Virus record (IMG/VR): IMGVR_UViG_3300031654_000003 | Location: 1 to 57,775 of that record | Length of the DNA stretch: 57,775 nt | From: a virus | Lineage: Duplodnaviria > Caudoviricetes | Strand: one strand, 5' to 3' | Part shown: positions 8,850-17,793 of the stretch, in pieces | Numbering within the stretch: position 1 is the stretch's first letter | Layout: the number at the start of each line of letters is the position of its first letter | Translations under genes and position numbers: made by a program | The notes under the pieces: generated by a model | Told to the model about the DNA's origin: nothing | Databases searched by the model: none | The model's input: only the letters and a program-made list of their open reading frames with translations

Positions 8850-9336
8850 CTTCAAGAACAATTTTAACAGAACCACCTAAATTCAGGTCTTTAATGTCTC
8901 TCATATCAGTAATATTTTTGGCTGTAAAAATAGTAAAATGCGAATTGTAAACACCAATACAGCCAGCTTGTATAAGAAAATCCTTTTGTATTTCTTTAGC
9001 GCGTGTATATGCCTCTAAGAACTCCTTATGATATGACCTATGGTCTTTATCTTGCCAATTATAAACAGTTGGATATGATACATTTATCCTTTTAGCGAAT
9101 TGAACAAGAGTAGGTAATTTCACGGCTACTCTTTTAAAATCACACCATACTAAATTACCTTCTGAATCATAATGCTCAAGTGGCTTATCTTCATAAGGCT
9201 CTTTGTTAAAGAATTCTATAATTTCATCGCAGTATTCAGACTTATACTTTGTTGGCGCTCCAGTATTATTTGTTATACCATCAGCCTTCTTTTTGTATTT
9301 GTACTTCTTTTTAGACCCTGTCCCTGTGGGTGTCAT
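8839..9336 (-). CDS. terS: Terminase small subunit
   Basis: GAPTKYKSEYC, HTH PTLVQFAKRINVSYPTVYNW, IFTAKN; overlaps terL start. Confidence 0.88.
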   Translation of the reverse strand: MTPTGTGSKKKYKYKKKADGITNNTGAPTKYKSEYCDEIIEFFNKEPYEDKPLEHYDSEGNLVWCDFKRVAVKLPTLVQFAKRINVSYPTVYNWQDKDHRSYHKEFLEAYTRAKEIQKDFLIQAGCIGVYNSHFTIFTAKNITDMRDIKDLNLGGSVKIVLEDEK

Positions 9337-9401
9337 TTGAAATGCTTCTGTAAAGTTTTATGGTTTAAGGCTTTATCTTAATTAAAAGCCGCGTTTAGCC
9401 A

Positions 9402-9722
9402 TTATCTTAACTTCATCATATCGCCAATAATTGAACTTACATCCGAAATAACATCTGAAAATTGTTCATGATTGCCAACAAATCGATAATCACCATTGCC
9501 CGCTCCTGTATCCCTTGTAGTTAAACATCGCACTCCTCGCTCACAACAACTAATTTCTGTGATTTCGTGCATAAAACCAGTTAATATCTCTCGTTGGCTA
9601 TTGTTTTTAGTTCCAACTTTAATAGTCATATTATTAAAGCTAAAATGACTGCCTGATGTACTTTTGGCCTCTTTTACTCTCCAAGGTCTATTATTTATCC
9701 GAACTGTTTTAGGCAATCTCAT
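9402..9722 (-). CDS. Phage metallopeptidase-like protein (HExxE variant)
   Basis: LPKTVRINNRPWRV N-terminus, GFMHEITEI in place of HExxH. Confidence 0.5.
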   Translation of the reverse strand: MRLPKTVRINNRPWRVKEAKSTSGSHFSFNNMTIKVGTKNNSQREILTGFMHEITEISCCERGVRCLTTRDTGAGNGDYRFVGNHEQFSDVISDVSSIIGDMMKLR

Positions 9723-9922
9723 TTGAAAGCCTCTTTAAGCTGCTTGTAATCTTCATTTACGACCTTAGCGAGTCCTTTAAGATAATTTTGCACTGCTGTT
9801 TTTTGCTGTTCAACCCTGCCGCCGTTCTCAAATTCAAGCAAAAGGTCTGCCCGATTCATCTCCGTAAATATCCGACTATGAGCTATATCAACTATCTGAA
9901 AGTCTATTTGTACTGCTGTCAT
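9719..9922 (-). CDS. Hypothetical protein
   Basis: ORF coupled to downstream gene. Confidence 0.5.
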   Translation of the reverse strand: MTAVQIDFQIVDIAHSRIFTEMNRADLLLEFENGGRVEQQKTAVQNYLKGLAKVVNEDYKQLKEAFK

Positions 9923-9982
9923 TGCTATTTTGTTTGTTAAACATTTGTATTTTAAGGACTTAAATTAATTAAGCCACATTCT

Positions 9983-10318
9983 TTACTCTTGTTTTTCCAG
10001 CATACCAGCTCTTGATTCATTTAATTTATAACACTTGCGGGGATTTATTGATTTTTCCCAAGCAACCGTTTCCTCTAAAAGTCCTTGTGATATTAAAAAC
10101 CATACAGTATGTTTGTTTATCACCATTCGACCACCAATTCTAAGATAACTATAAGCATGAGGTAAACTTTCCTTAACTTCCGCAAACTCATAAGCCAGCC
10201 TATTTCTGCTTTTTATTGAGATTTCAAATATCCTGTAATCTGGATATTGCTTCATTATCTCAAAGATATATGATGCTTGTGCCGAAAACTTAATGTTATG
10301 ACCAACAGTTTTAATCAT
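9983..10318 (-). CDS. Hypothetical protein
   Basis: ORF in co-oriented run. Confidence 0.5.
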   Translation of the reverse strand: MIKTVGHNIKFSAQASYIFEIMKQYPDYRIFEISIKSRNRLAYEFAEVKESLPHAYSYLRIGGRMVINKHTVWFLISQGLLEETVAWEKSINPRKCYKLNESRAGMLEKQE

Positions 10319-10524
10319 TGCCCGAAAGCCTCTCTTTTCTTAGAAGCTCTAATCCATCCACAATGCCCCAATAAATACTCATAGGCACAATCTAAACTCT
10401 TCAGCATATCCATATTTGTATTTGGTTTTAGCTCTTTAATTTTACCCTCAATTTCTCCAATTAAGTTCTCTATGATGTCGAGCGTCATTAAATTCGAATC
10501 GCCGTTGTTATCTGGTTCGGGCAT
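10315..10524 (-). CDS. Hypothetical protein
   Basis: ORF in co-oriented run. Confidence 0.5.
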   Translation of the reverse strand: MPEPDNNGDSNLMTLDIIENLIGEIEGKIKELKPNTNMDMLKSLDCAYEYLLGHCGWIRASKKREAFGQ

Positions 10525-10813
10525 TGCTATTTACGAAGTTTAATTTTCTTCGGCCTCGTCCATAATTAGAATATGGGTCTTTAATGAAATGCTTATCTTC
10601 ATTCAAAGCCAAAACTCTATATCCTCCTTTGGGTTCCCAGTCGACTCCAAACATTTCTGGGATTTCCTCAAGCAATTCTACAAATTTTTCCTGCCATTCA
10701 TTTGGCATAGATTGAAGAACTGTTCTCGGCAAAACCAAGTAATTTGCATAACTTAAACTAAAATAGTCATGTATTGGTTCTTTGATTTGTAATATATGTT
10801 GAGTTTCTTTCAT
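10508..10813 (-). CDS. Conserved phage hypothetical protein
   Basis: FSLSYANYLVLPRTVLQSMP.EWQ motif. Confidence 0.65.
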   Translation of the reverse strand: MKETQHILQIKEPIHDYFSLSYANYLVLPRTVLQSMPNEWQEKFVELLEEIPEMFGVDWEPKGGYRVLALNEDKHFIKDPYSNYGRGRRKLNFVNSNARTR

Positions 10814-11103
10814 TATTTAACCCCTGTTCGGGCATTGCTAACGCTTTCTCTGCGGTCCAACTCAAAAAAAATATCTGAAACAGTTCGTAAAGTCATGTTT
10901 CGTGAACCACGAAGAAGTTGCGTAATATGGCTTTTATTGGTGTCTAACATGTTCGCCAATTGCGACTTGCTTATGCCTTTTTGCTCCATCTCTTTCAAAA
11001 TCAACTCTGTTACATCGAGTATAAGTTCTTCCTGGCTCGTTAATTTTGCAAGTTCGCGGTCGTCTTTCAACTCTTTCTCGATTTGTTTCATTAAATCGCT
11101 CAT
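10813..11103 (-). CDS. XRE-family HTH protein (HigA-like antitoxin)
   Basis: GISKSQLANMLDTNKSHITQLLRGSRNMTLRT; GAGGTG SD. Confidence 0.8.
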   Translation of the reverse strand: MSDLMKQIEKELKDDRELAKLTSQEELILDVTELILKEMEQKGISKSQLANMLDTNKSHITQLLRGSRNMTLRTVSDIFFELDRRESVSNARTGVK

Positions 11104-11255
11104 GCTTCACCTCGCTTTACAGACCGTGTTCTATTCGCATAATATTCATTCTTTATTGTGACGCCTATATCAATTTCACTCATAAATGTCTCATTGCCCT
11201 TTTTCTTGAATCCGTTTGTCACCTTCCAAGCAGGCCCATCTCTAAAACAAAACAT
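11100..11255 (-). pseudogene. C-terminal half of RelE/Gp49-like toxin
   Basis: (R)MFCFRDG..WKVTNGFKKKGNET..SEID; in-frame TGA just upstream; stop overlaps HTH start. Confidence 0.6.
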
Positions 11256-11293
11256 TCTTCATAACTCACCAAACAAAAAAGGCTCACCGCCTG

Positions 11294-11527
11294 CTATTCA
11301 CAACACATTCGCATATCTGAATTTATGGTTTTGCCGTCGTTATTCATGTAATAAACTTGGTCGCCCTGCGATAACTGTATTGTAACACTGCCAAGTTGTT
11401 GTGATTCAATGTATAAACTATATTCAACAGGTTCATTTGCTGCTTCTCCAGTTTTTACAATACTTGCCGAAAAACAATCCCAAAACTTATCTGAATCTGC
11501 TTTGTTGTTAATAATTCGTACAATCAT
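11294..11527 (-). CDS. Hypothetical protein
   Basis: VYYMNNDGKTI motif seen in small phage proteins. Confidence 0.6.
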   Translation of the reverse strand: MIVRIINNKADSDKFWDCFSASIVKTGEAANEPVEYSLYIESQQLGSVTIQLSQGDQVYYMNNDGKTINSDMRMCCE

Positions 11528-11794
11528 TTTCTGCCTGCCTTTCTATCTGTTTGCCTATCTATCTCGGTTTTAAACAAAAGAGGCTCACGCCTGCTATTCA
11601 CAGGAAATATGGCTGCCTATCCGTTGGGATTCTGCGGCTATCCCCTTGGGCATTTAACGCAAACCCGCTCCACAGCTCATAGGTAAGACGCACCATATAT
11701 CCTTTATTTCAATAAAACAGGCTCGCCCATTTTGTTCTCTATATCCTTGAGCGGGTCTTTGGTCTTTGTATCACCGCTTGTAATAACAAAGTCG

Positions 11795-11956
11795 TTATCT
11801 GGCTCTGGCATTTGTCACCTTTTTAAGCTCTTTCTTATCACGAAAACCAACTCCCGCAATATAGTAATATCCTTTATCAACAACCCTCTCTATTGTCCCA
11901 GGAATCGGCAACTGTGCCTTTTCGTTTTTCCCTATTACTAAATCTCCGACTTTCAT
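11795..11956 (-). CDS. Small KOW/SH3-like protein
   Basis: MKVGDLV...GTIERV; GGGAG SD. Confidence 0.55.
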   Translation of the reverse strand: MKVGDLVIGKNEKAQLPIPGTIERVVDKGYYYIAGVGFRDKKELKKVTNARAR

Positions 11957-11985
11957 TCTCTGACTCCCGCGTGGTGCCGAATACA

Positions 11986-12334
11986 AATAAAACAGGCTCG
12001 CCCACGTTAATGAACGAGCCCAAGCTCACAGGGATTTTCATGGTCTAAAAATCGTCTGTTATTCACAAAAGGGATTTTATTGGGCAGATAGCCCAAGCAA
12101 TGGTCAAGGACAAAGCTTTGTATAGCATAACCTATATGTTGTTTAGTTGTACCCGTTGAAGTCTGCGTTTTGATTCTGCCCATTTGCAGCCCTCATGCTC
12201 TTGTCCATTCGTCTTTGACGAATTCACCTTAAGCACCATCCCTGCGAGGTTTTCAACAACGCTCAACACAGACTTTTTTAGACCATTAGTACAATACATA
12301 ACCAGAACTTAGCAGATGAACCTTGATTTGTCAA
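11986..12334 (-). ncRNA. Promoter plus structured leader RNA ending in a terminator
   Basis: TTGACA-N17-TAAGTT; 12-bp inverted repeat 12040-12051/12275-12286; TGGGCAGA/TCTGCCCA; GGCTCG..CGAGCC-TGTTTT. Confidence 0.55.
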
Positions 12335-12372
12335 GAAAATATTTGGGGGAAAAGGTGAAAAATATTGAGGAG

Positions 12373-12591
12373 CTAAAATTCTTGAAAAGGTAATTTTCTA
12401 TATTTTGGTAATGGTATAACATTAATATCTCCATTTGGCATTCTTTGCGTGATCATTTGCCTATCCAAATCTCCAAATCTTCTGTGCATTATATATTTAG
12501 CTATACCTATATCTTGGTCTGAATTTGAATAGCCAGCAATTCTCCATCCTTTTGATTGTAAATCTATAATAACATTTCGGCTAACTATCAT
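12373..12591 (-). CDS. Hypothetical protein
   Basis: AAGGCGG SD-like. Confidence 0.5.
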   Translation of the reverse strand: MIVSRNVIIDLQSKGWRIAGYSNSDQDIGIAKYIMHRRFGDLDRQMITQRMPNGDINVIPLPKYRKLPFQEF

Positions 12592-12840
12592 TTTTCCGCC
12601 TTTCTCCGTCCTTACTCATTATTATTCTTTCAGTTCAGGACGAACAGCTATGCCATTAATTCCAAAACCATCAAATACCGTTCGTCAATTTTACCTGTTT
12701 CGGCAAATTCACTTATTTTTTCTTTTGAAATTCCTGTTCCCATCACCAATATATCTAATTGGTTTCTTGCTATTCTTTGAACTACAGCAATTTGTAACTC
12801 ATTTTTTCTTTGGTCATTTATCATTTTTACACCTCACAAT

Positions 12841-13082
12841 AAAAAGCCCGCCCAGTTATGACAAACGCTGCGAAGCGGTATGTCTACCAGACGGGCTGTA
12901 AATATATCCTTTGCCTGCAATCCAAATAAACTTTTTATTACAAAAGCGACAACGTGGATTATCAGTGTTTGGTATCTGGTGAAATTTGCCTTTTATGCAA
13001 GGTGTTTTTGTAATAGGAATATCGGATTGTTTCGCAGCGTTCATCATGTTCGTATTATCGGCTACCCGTTTTCAGAAGTCAA
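12841..13082 (-). promoter_or_regulatory. Promoter, leaderless 63-aa ORF (12856-13047) and fold-back terminator
   Basis: TTGACT-N17-GATAAT, ATG 6 nt later; 17-nt complement of the start region inside terminator loop. Confidence 0.75.
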
Positions 13083-13115
13083 GAAAAATCTTGACATAAT
13101 ATTAAAAATACCCAG

Positions 13116-13310
13116 TTACCTTAATGCTAAAATTGAAATTTTATTCCACAATCTAATTGCTCCTTTTCTTGATTTTGAGTAACCAACTTTGAATCTGCAT
13201 GATATTTGAGTATGGCATTTAACATACCAACGCCTGAAATGAAGGCTGCCTAAAGATTGTTTAATCGTTAATTTAGTACCACCACATTTAGGACAAGGAT
13301 TTATCTTCAT
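13116..13310 (-). CDS. Lar-like (restriction alleviation) zinc-ribbon protein
   Basis: NPCPKCGG...VKC...C...SRKGAIRLWN. Confidence 0.65.
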   Translation of the reverse strand: MKINPCPKCGGTKLTIKQSLGSLHFRRWYVKCHTQISCRFKVGYSKSRKGAIRLWNKISILALR

Positions 13311-13605
13311 TCTTAATATCCGATATATCAGCCAATACTTCATGTTTAGGATTAAATCTTATATCAAAATATTTTCTTCGGTCATAAGGCATAAAACTCC
13401 AAAGCGCTTGTATCTCAAAATCTTTGTAACCATTATTTACAAGCAAATTGTAGGCTCTGTCGATATCAGAACCTTCATTCATGGCAATTTGTATATATGG
13501 ATTTGGTAAGTGGCCACAAGAACACTCTGTATCGAATCCGTTATCTCTAAGCAGTTTCACTAATTCTTTCAAAGGTTCTTCTATTTGGTCATATAAGTTA
13601 CCCAT
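13288..13605 (-). CDS. Hypothetical protein
   Basis: IEEPLKELVKLLRDNGFDTECSCGH motif. Confidence 0.6.
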   Translation of the reverse strand: MGNLYDQIEEPLKELVKLLRDNGFDTECSCGHLPNPYIQIAMNEGSDIDRAYNLLVNNGYKDFEIQALWSFMPYDRRKYFDIRFNPKHEVLADISDIKNEDKSLS

Positions 13606-13618
13606 ACTTTCGCCTTAA

Positions 13619-13876
13619 TCAAAAAGGAATATCATCCTCTGGCGGCACGTAATTCTCATCATAATCTGGATTAGGCCTATATTCGGTCGGCTTTTCTTCG
13701 GATCGTGGCTCCTGGCTTGCGTGAGCAAAGGGAATAGCCTCTGTATCGTCTATATCAAGATTCTTCAAGCTCCTTCCATGTAGCTCTCCAGACAGATATT
13801 GCTTTAGCCAAGCCTTGCCTTTGGTATTGGGACCCGTAAGTATAATCTCATGTGCTCTTAGAACTGATGGCTTCAT
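13619..13876 (-). CDS. Short paralog of the C-terminus of 15358-15987; ends DDIPF
   Basis: ILTGPNTKGK..L and NPDYD..YVPP.DDIPF shared. Confidence 0.6.
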   Translation of the reverse strand: MKPSVLRAHEIILTGPNTKGKAWLKQYLSGELHGRSLKNLDIDDTEAIPFAHASQEPRSEEKPTEYRPNPDYDENYVPPEDDIPF

Positions 13877-14195
13877 GCTTTAGCCGTTCTATCAATAAAC
13901 CTTCCAAAAGAATCATATACACAATAATATCGTTGGTTTTTTCCAACCATTGTTCTATGTCTTGATTTTTACCTTGCTCCAATTCGTTTAAGAAATCATA
14001 TAAAGCGACAATATGTTTAGTGACAAAGCCCATCAAAGCCTTTTCTGGCGTACAATGTAATAAATTGGCCGCCTGCTTAAAATTGCTTAATCTGTCACCA
14101 TCATGAGCATATTCTTTAGCTTTGCTACCTGCGGTTTTTTCTATTAAATACAACCGATTCTTCAGGATATGTTTTTCAAAATATTCTGCGTCCAT
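13848..14195 (-). CDS. DUF1599/MazG-like helical nucleotide-associated domain protein
   Basis: KAKEYA.DGDRLSNF...KH...EKTNDIIVY.ILL. Confidence 0.65.
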   Translation of the reverse strand: MDAEYFEKHILKNRLYLIEKTAGSKAKEYAHDGDRLSNFKQAANLLHCTPEKALMGFVTKHIVALYDFLNELEQGKNQDIEQWLEKTNDIIVYMILLEGLLIERLKHEAISSKST

Positions 14196-14248
14196 TTTTG
14201 TCCTTTATTTCACGCTGAGTTCATTCGTTCAATCTGCTGCTAAAATAA

Positions 14249-14620
14249 TTACCACCATAAATGCCTAAAATATTTACCAAACAATCGTAGTCCGCTTCCA
14301 ATTTTTATATCTATAGTTTTAGAGTAAATCTCATCTTTTACTATATTCTCAAAAGCAAAAATCATCTTATCTAATATTTCTTCCCATTTGCTTTCCGTAA
14401 GACATCCTGGCATTCCTATATCTATTTCCCTAAATCTTTTAAGGCGGGGCAGAATAAATTCAGCAATAACTAAATGTAAAGACCAAGTTTCACTATCCGA
14501 AAATCCCCATTTCTTTAACTGTTTTAAGTGTTTTTTGTATCTTCTGTCTGCTTTATTAAGATACAAAGGTTTTTTTAGGGACCAATTAGACTTATATTTA
14601 TTATTTTTTTTCTTATCCAT
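14249..14620 (-). CDS. Conserved phage hypothetical protein
   Basis: WSL...IAEFILPRLKRF...ILDKMIFAFE...GLRLFGKYF..LW. Confidence 0.7.
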   Translation of the reverse strand: MDKKKNNKYKSNWSLKKPLYLNKADRRYKKHLKQLKKWGFSDSETWSLHLVIAEFILPRLKRFREIDIGMPGCLTESKWEEILDKMIFAFENIVKDEIYSKTIDIKIGSGLRLFGKYFRHLWW

Positions 14621-14653
14621 ACTTCACGCTGAATTCATCCGGTTAATCTGCTT

Positions 14654-15337
14654 TCATTTTCCTACAGGAAATAATGGCTGCTGGCCTTGCCTTGCCTCTT
14701 TGACGGGAACGCCAGTATCGACAGCCTCTAATCTTTGGCGGGCAATCTCGCAGTATTCAGGGGAAATGTCTATGCCGATAAATCGGCGACCAAGCATTTT
14801 AGCGGCTACACAGGTAGTGCCAGAGCCGCAAAAAGGGTCGAGAATGATATCATTTAATTTTGACCTGTTTTTAATTATATTTAATGGGAAACCTAAATCT
14901 TGCCCCCAATAATGATATTGTTTTTCTGCTTTTTCTTGAGTAAAATCTGTACTATCCCAATACAATAATTCATTATTTGCATTTCCTTTTGTCCAAGTAA
15001 TAACTGGCTTAGAGCTGCCAAATATCTTTTTACTCCAAAAACGAGGCCAACCATTATTGTGTTTTATATTAAATAACCAAAACCAATTAAGATAATTACT
15101 CATACCTACAATGATTTTATTAAGATAATTAGACCCACAATAAGCATATAAAAATCGACCAGTTTTAAGCAATTGCAAGCTTATTTCTGCTAATTTAATA
15201 TAACTAATTATATGTTCTTTAGAATATGGCGGGTCTGTTAAAATAAGGTCAATACATTCATCCGGCCAATCCTTCATAACTTCCAGACAATCCCCGCAGA
15301 TTATTTTATTCACAAATTTTTCTTCAAACTGATTCAT
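14654..15337 (-). CDS. DNA N6-adenine/N4-cytosine methyltransferase (beta class)
   Basis: ILTDPPY then [19 protein letters not shown]. Confidence 0.93.
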   Translation of the reverse strand: MNQFEEKFVNKIICGDCLEVMKDWPDECIDLILTDPPYSKEHIISYIKLAEISLQLLKTGRFLYAYCGSNYLNKIIVGMSNYLNWFWLFNIKHNNGWPRFWSKKIFGSSKPVITWTKGNANNELLYWDSTDFTQEKAEKQYHYWGQDLGFPLNIIKNRSKLNDIILDPFCGSGTTCVAAKMLGRRFIGIDISPEYCEIARQRLEAVDTGVPVKEARQGQQPLFPVGK

Positions 15338-15357
15338 ACAAAATTATATGCTTGCAG

Positions 15358-15987
15358 TTAAAATGGTATATCATCATTAGGCGGCACGTATTCAGGGTCG
15401 TAATCAGGATTCTCAAATGCCTTGCTTGCCATTTCTTGAACAGAACCGATTCGACCAATAGACAATAAAAATCTTCTGCCCGCAGTATTCGGCCCGTTTA
15501 ATATTCGATTTTCTGCTTCTTTCTTTGCTTCATTGCCCCACAATGGATTTTCTTCAAGACTTTCAGCAGATATGATTGGACGCCAGCGACCGCCTTCTTT
15601 CTGTTCCCATTCTTTAGCTTTTTGTTCAAGATATTCTATTTCTTTACCCGTTAAGGATGTGGGAACAAATACAATCCATTGTCTATCTTCCCAATCTGGA
15701 TGATTTGGTGGGGCTTGAACACAACGCAAATAACAATAAGGAAGTTCTGGAATATTAGAAACCGCCTTATCAAAAACAATTATCTTTTGCTTAATAAATC
15801 TGCCAATGCTTGGTTTTTTACCAATATCTTCTTGGGATTCAAGCCACTCTTTTAATCTTTGTCTTGTTTTATAGAGATTGCATTTTTTGAGTTTTTCAAT
15901 CCAAGACTCCAATTCGGTTTTTGTAGGTTCCCAGTTAGGCCACAAAGGCTTAATTTCTTCTGCAAAGAATTTTTCAACTTCATTCAT
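15358..15987 (-). CDS. Replication-associated protein (helicase-loader position), ends DDIPF
   Basis: Coupled to replication initiator; N-terminal helical domain with KKPSIG. Confidence 0.5.
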   Translation of the reverse strand: MNEVEKFFAEEIKPLWPNWEPTKTELESWIEKLKKCNLYKTRQRLKEWLESQEDIGKKPSIGRFIKQKIIVFDKAVSNIPELPYCYLRCVQAPPNHPDWEDRQWIVFVPTSLTGKEIEYLEQKAKEWEQKEGGRWRPIISAESLEENPLWGNEAKKEAENRILNGPNTAGRRFLLSIGRIGSVQEMASKAFENPDYDPEYVPPNDDIPF

Positions 15988-16730
15988 AGCCTGCCCTCTT
16001 CTTTAAGTTCCTCAATCATTTTTTCAGTTGATTTTGTACGATTATCATATTTGCCTTCTAAGACTTTGACATAGTTCGTATCGTTTGATATTAACCACTC
16101 TAAAGTTGCAGTCCATTTGCGTTCATTTTCTCCGCAACAAAATCGACTTTCGGCTATTTTATCAACGACAGTTTTCCAATTTTCTAAAAACACGGGGTCT
16201 TTGAATCTTATATTTAGTTTTGTTCTCCGCGTGTCGGATAAAACTCGTATTTCTTTGAGTTTCTTTTTGGAGTTCCAGTATTGAACAAAATCATTTCCAA
16301 GATTATTCGGCGAAATTGTGTTATCTTTACTTCTATTCTCTTCTTTTAAATTCTCTTCTTTTAAATTAGGCGGGAACGTTCCAGGATTATTCGGCGAACA
16401 TTCTTGGAATGGTAGCGGAGCGGGTAGCTTAGATGGTTGTGGTTTATCTATCCTTTGATGTTTCAAGAAGTTATATAAATATCCATAATGGCTTCCATTA
16501 ACTTGATAGAGCTGAATTTTGCTCTTTAACTCTTCCAAGAGCATTCCAAGATTAATCTTGGAATCGTATGGGAATATCTGTGCTTTTAACAAGGATTCAT
16601 TGGCTTTGAACCGGCCTTCATCATCTGCAAAATTCCATAATCCTATATACAAAAGTCTTGCATAAGGACTCCAATTTCCTATTTCCTCATCAGACCAAAA
16701 TTCAGGGTCTATCATCCTTTTGCGAGGCAT
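15984..16730 (-). CDS. Phage replication initiator
   Basis: MPRKRMIDPEFWSD, RLLYIGLWNFADDEGR, FLKHQRIDKP, WTATLEWL...KVLEGKYD; likely start 16730. Confidence 0.85.
   Translation of the reverse strand: MPRKRMIDPEFWSDEEIGNWSPYARLLYIGLWNFADDEGRFKANESLLKAQIFPYDSKINLGMLLEELKSKIQLYQVNGSHYGYLYNFLKHQRIDKPQPSKLPAPLPFQECSPNNPGTFPPNLKEENLKEENRSKDNTISPNNLGNDFVQYWNSKKKLKEIRVLSDTRRTKLNIRFKDPVFLENWKTVVDKIAESRFCCGENERKWTATLEWLISNDTNYVKVLEGKYDNRTKSTEKMIEELKEEGRL
16295..16398. repeat. Iteron-like repeats in initiator gene (candidate origin)
   Basis: TTCCA(A/G)GATTATTCGGCGAA at 16295-16314 and 16379-16398; tandem TTCTCTTCTTTTAAA at 16336-16365. Confidence 0.6.
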
Positions 16731-16743
16731 TATCCATCCATGC

Positions 16744-16880
16744 AAAATAAAAGCCGGCAACGTAGATATGAGCGCACAAGTCGCAGAATTGCCGCTGCCG
16801 GCCATTCTTTACCGATTAAGATTGTAAACTTGATTACTCATATCTGCCCCCAAAATACCGACCTCAAAAGCAAGTGTCAA
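16744..16880 (-). promoter_or_regulatory. Promoter and attenuator-like leader of replication operon
   Basis: TTGACA-N17-TATTTT; leader peptide MSNQVYNLNR (16809-16841); GCCGGCAGCG/CGTTGCCGGC + T-tract. Confidence 0.75.
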
Positions 16881-17076
16881 GATTATTTCCTAAAAATTCT
16901 GTCATTTCGAGATTTTTCTCTAAAGTTAATATGGAGAACTTTCGATAATAGAGGCATGAGTAAGATTCAGGCGAGGTTAATTCTGGCTCAACACTTGATG
17001 TGGGGAACACGAAACGAGTTTGAACGAACCAAATATTTGGAGCTTATTGTTTATTACCGAAACATTATTAAGTTAG

Positions 17077-17277
17077 TTGAGAGGATTAAAAATGGAGAAA
17101 TTGGCAAAAATCTGGAATCGAATGGAGAAAAAACTGGCACGGATGGTTGAAATTCTATTTCTGTTGATGGCTATCTGGCTCTGTATAAATACCAACGGCT
17201 GCTCCGGCACTTTCCACGGGATAGGCACGGACATCAAAAACGGCGGGGCGTATGTAGAAAAGCACGTCCAACCATAA
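17077..17277 (+). CDS. Entericidin EcnA/B-like small lipoprotein (start uncertain)
   Basis: Hydrophobic stretch then GCSGTFHGIGTDIKNGG. Confidence 0.55.
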   Translation: MRGLKMEKLAKIWNRMEKKLARMVEILFLLMAIWLCINTNGCSGTFHGIGTDIKNGGAYVEKHVQP

Positions 17278-17355
17278 TAAATTAGGAAGCTATATACTAA
17301 TTTTTAACATTTTAGTATTAAATTAGTATTTGGCATGGATGGTTTATGCCCCAGT

Positions 17356-17452
17356 CCCGCAAGGGATGCCTAACGGCAGGATGGGGCTTTTCTTATTTGG
17401 GAGGAATCCCCGCCCCCGCCATTCCAATAAGAGCAACGGCGGGGGCTTTTTA
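17356..17452 (+). terminator. Two tandem GC-rich hairpins with T-tracts
   Basis: GCCCCA...TGGGGC-TTTT and GCCCCCGCC...GGCGGGGGC-TTTTT. Confidence 0.65.
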
Positions 17453-17793
17453 GGGGGGTGAAGATTAATAGCAAAGCCTGTCAATCTTCTTTAATAGGGT
17501 CAAGTCTATCGAGCCATGCTCTTACTTTTATACATACACAGCTCAAAACAAAGGCTATGATTTCTAAAGTCCAAAACGAAATATACTTAATTAATTTAGT
17601 CATGCTGCCAATCATACGAAATGATTTTCCCGCCGCTATTAATGTAAGTGGGTATTTTTAAGATTTCGCTATTATTTAGTCAAGACTTACCATATATAAT
17701 CGCCTTTGATACAGCTATTTGAAGTATTGGGGGGCAATATGAGCAAGCCACAAAAAACAATCAATTTTGGCGATGAACAGGATATTGAAGAAA

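Larger units (their letters stand above)
11271..12004 (-). repeat. Four related repeats resembling terminator 3' arms
   Basis: 11271-11302 and 11572-11602 (TGTGAATAGCAGGCG(G)TGAGCCT.TTTTGTTT); 11711-11729 and 11986-12004 (identical TGGGCGAGCCTGTTTTATT). Confidence 0.85.

Noticed and set aside
10813-11103. CI immunity repressor
   Set aside because: No peptidase domain, not at the divergent control region, coupled to a toxin remnant
11271-12004. CRISPR array or integron attC array
   Set aside because: Repeats of two types, irregular 120-300 bp spacing containing ORFs, no cas genes, no GTTRRRY cores
14388-14912. 174-aa plus-strand ORF as another nested gene
   Set aside because: Antisense shadow of the methyltransferase; no domain motifs, promoter or RBS
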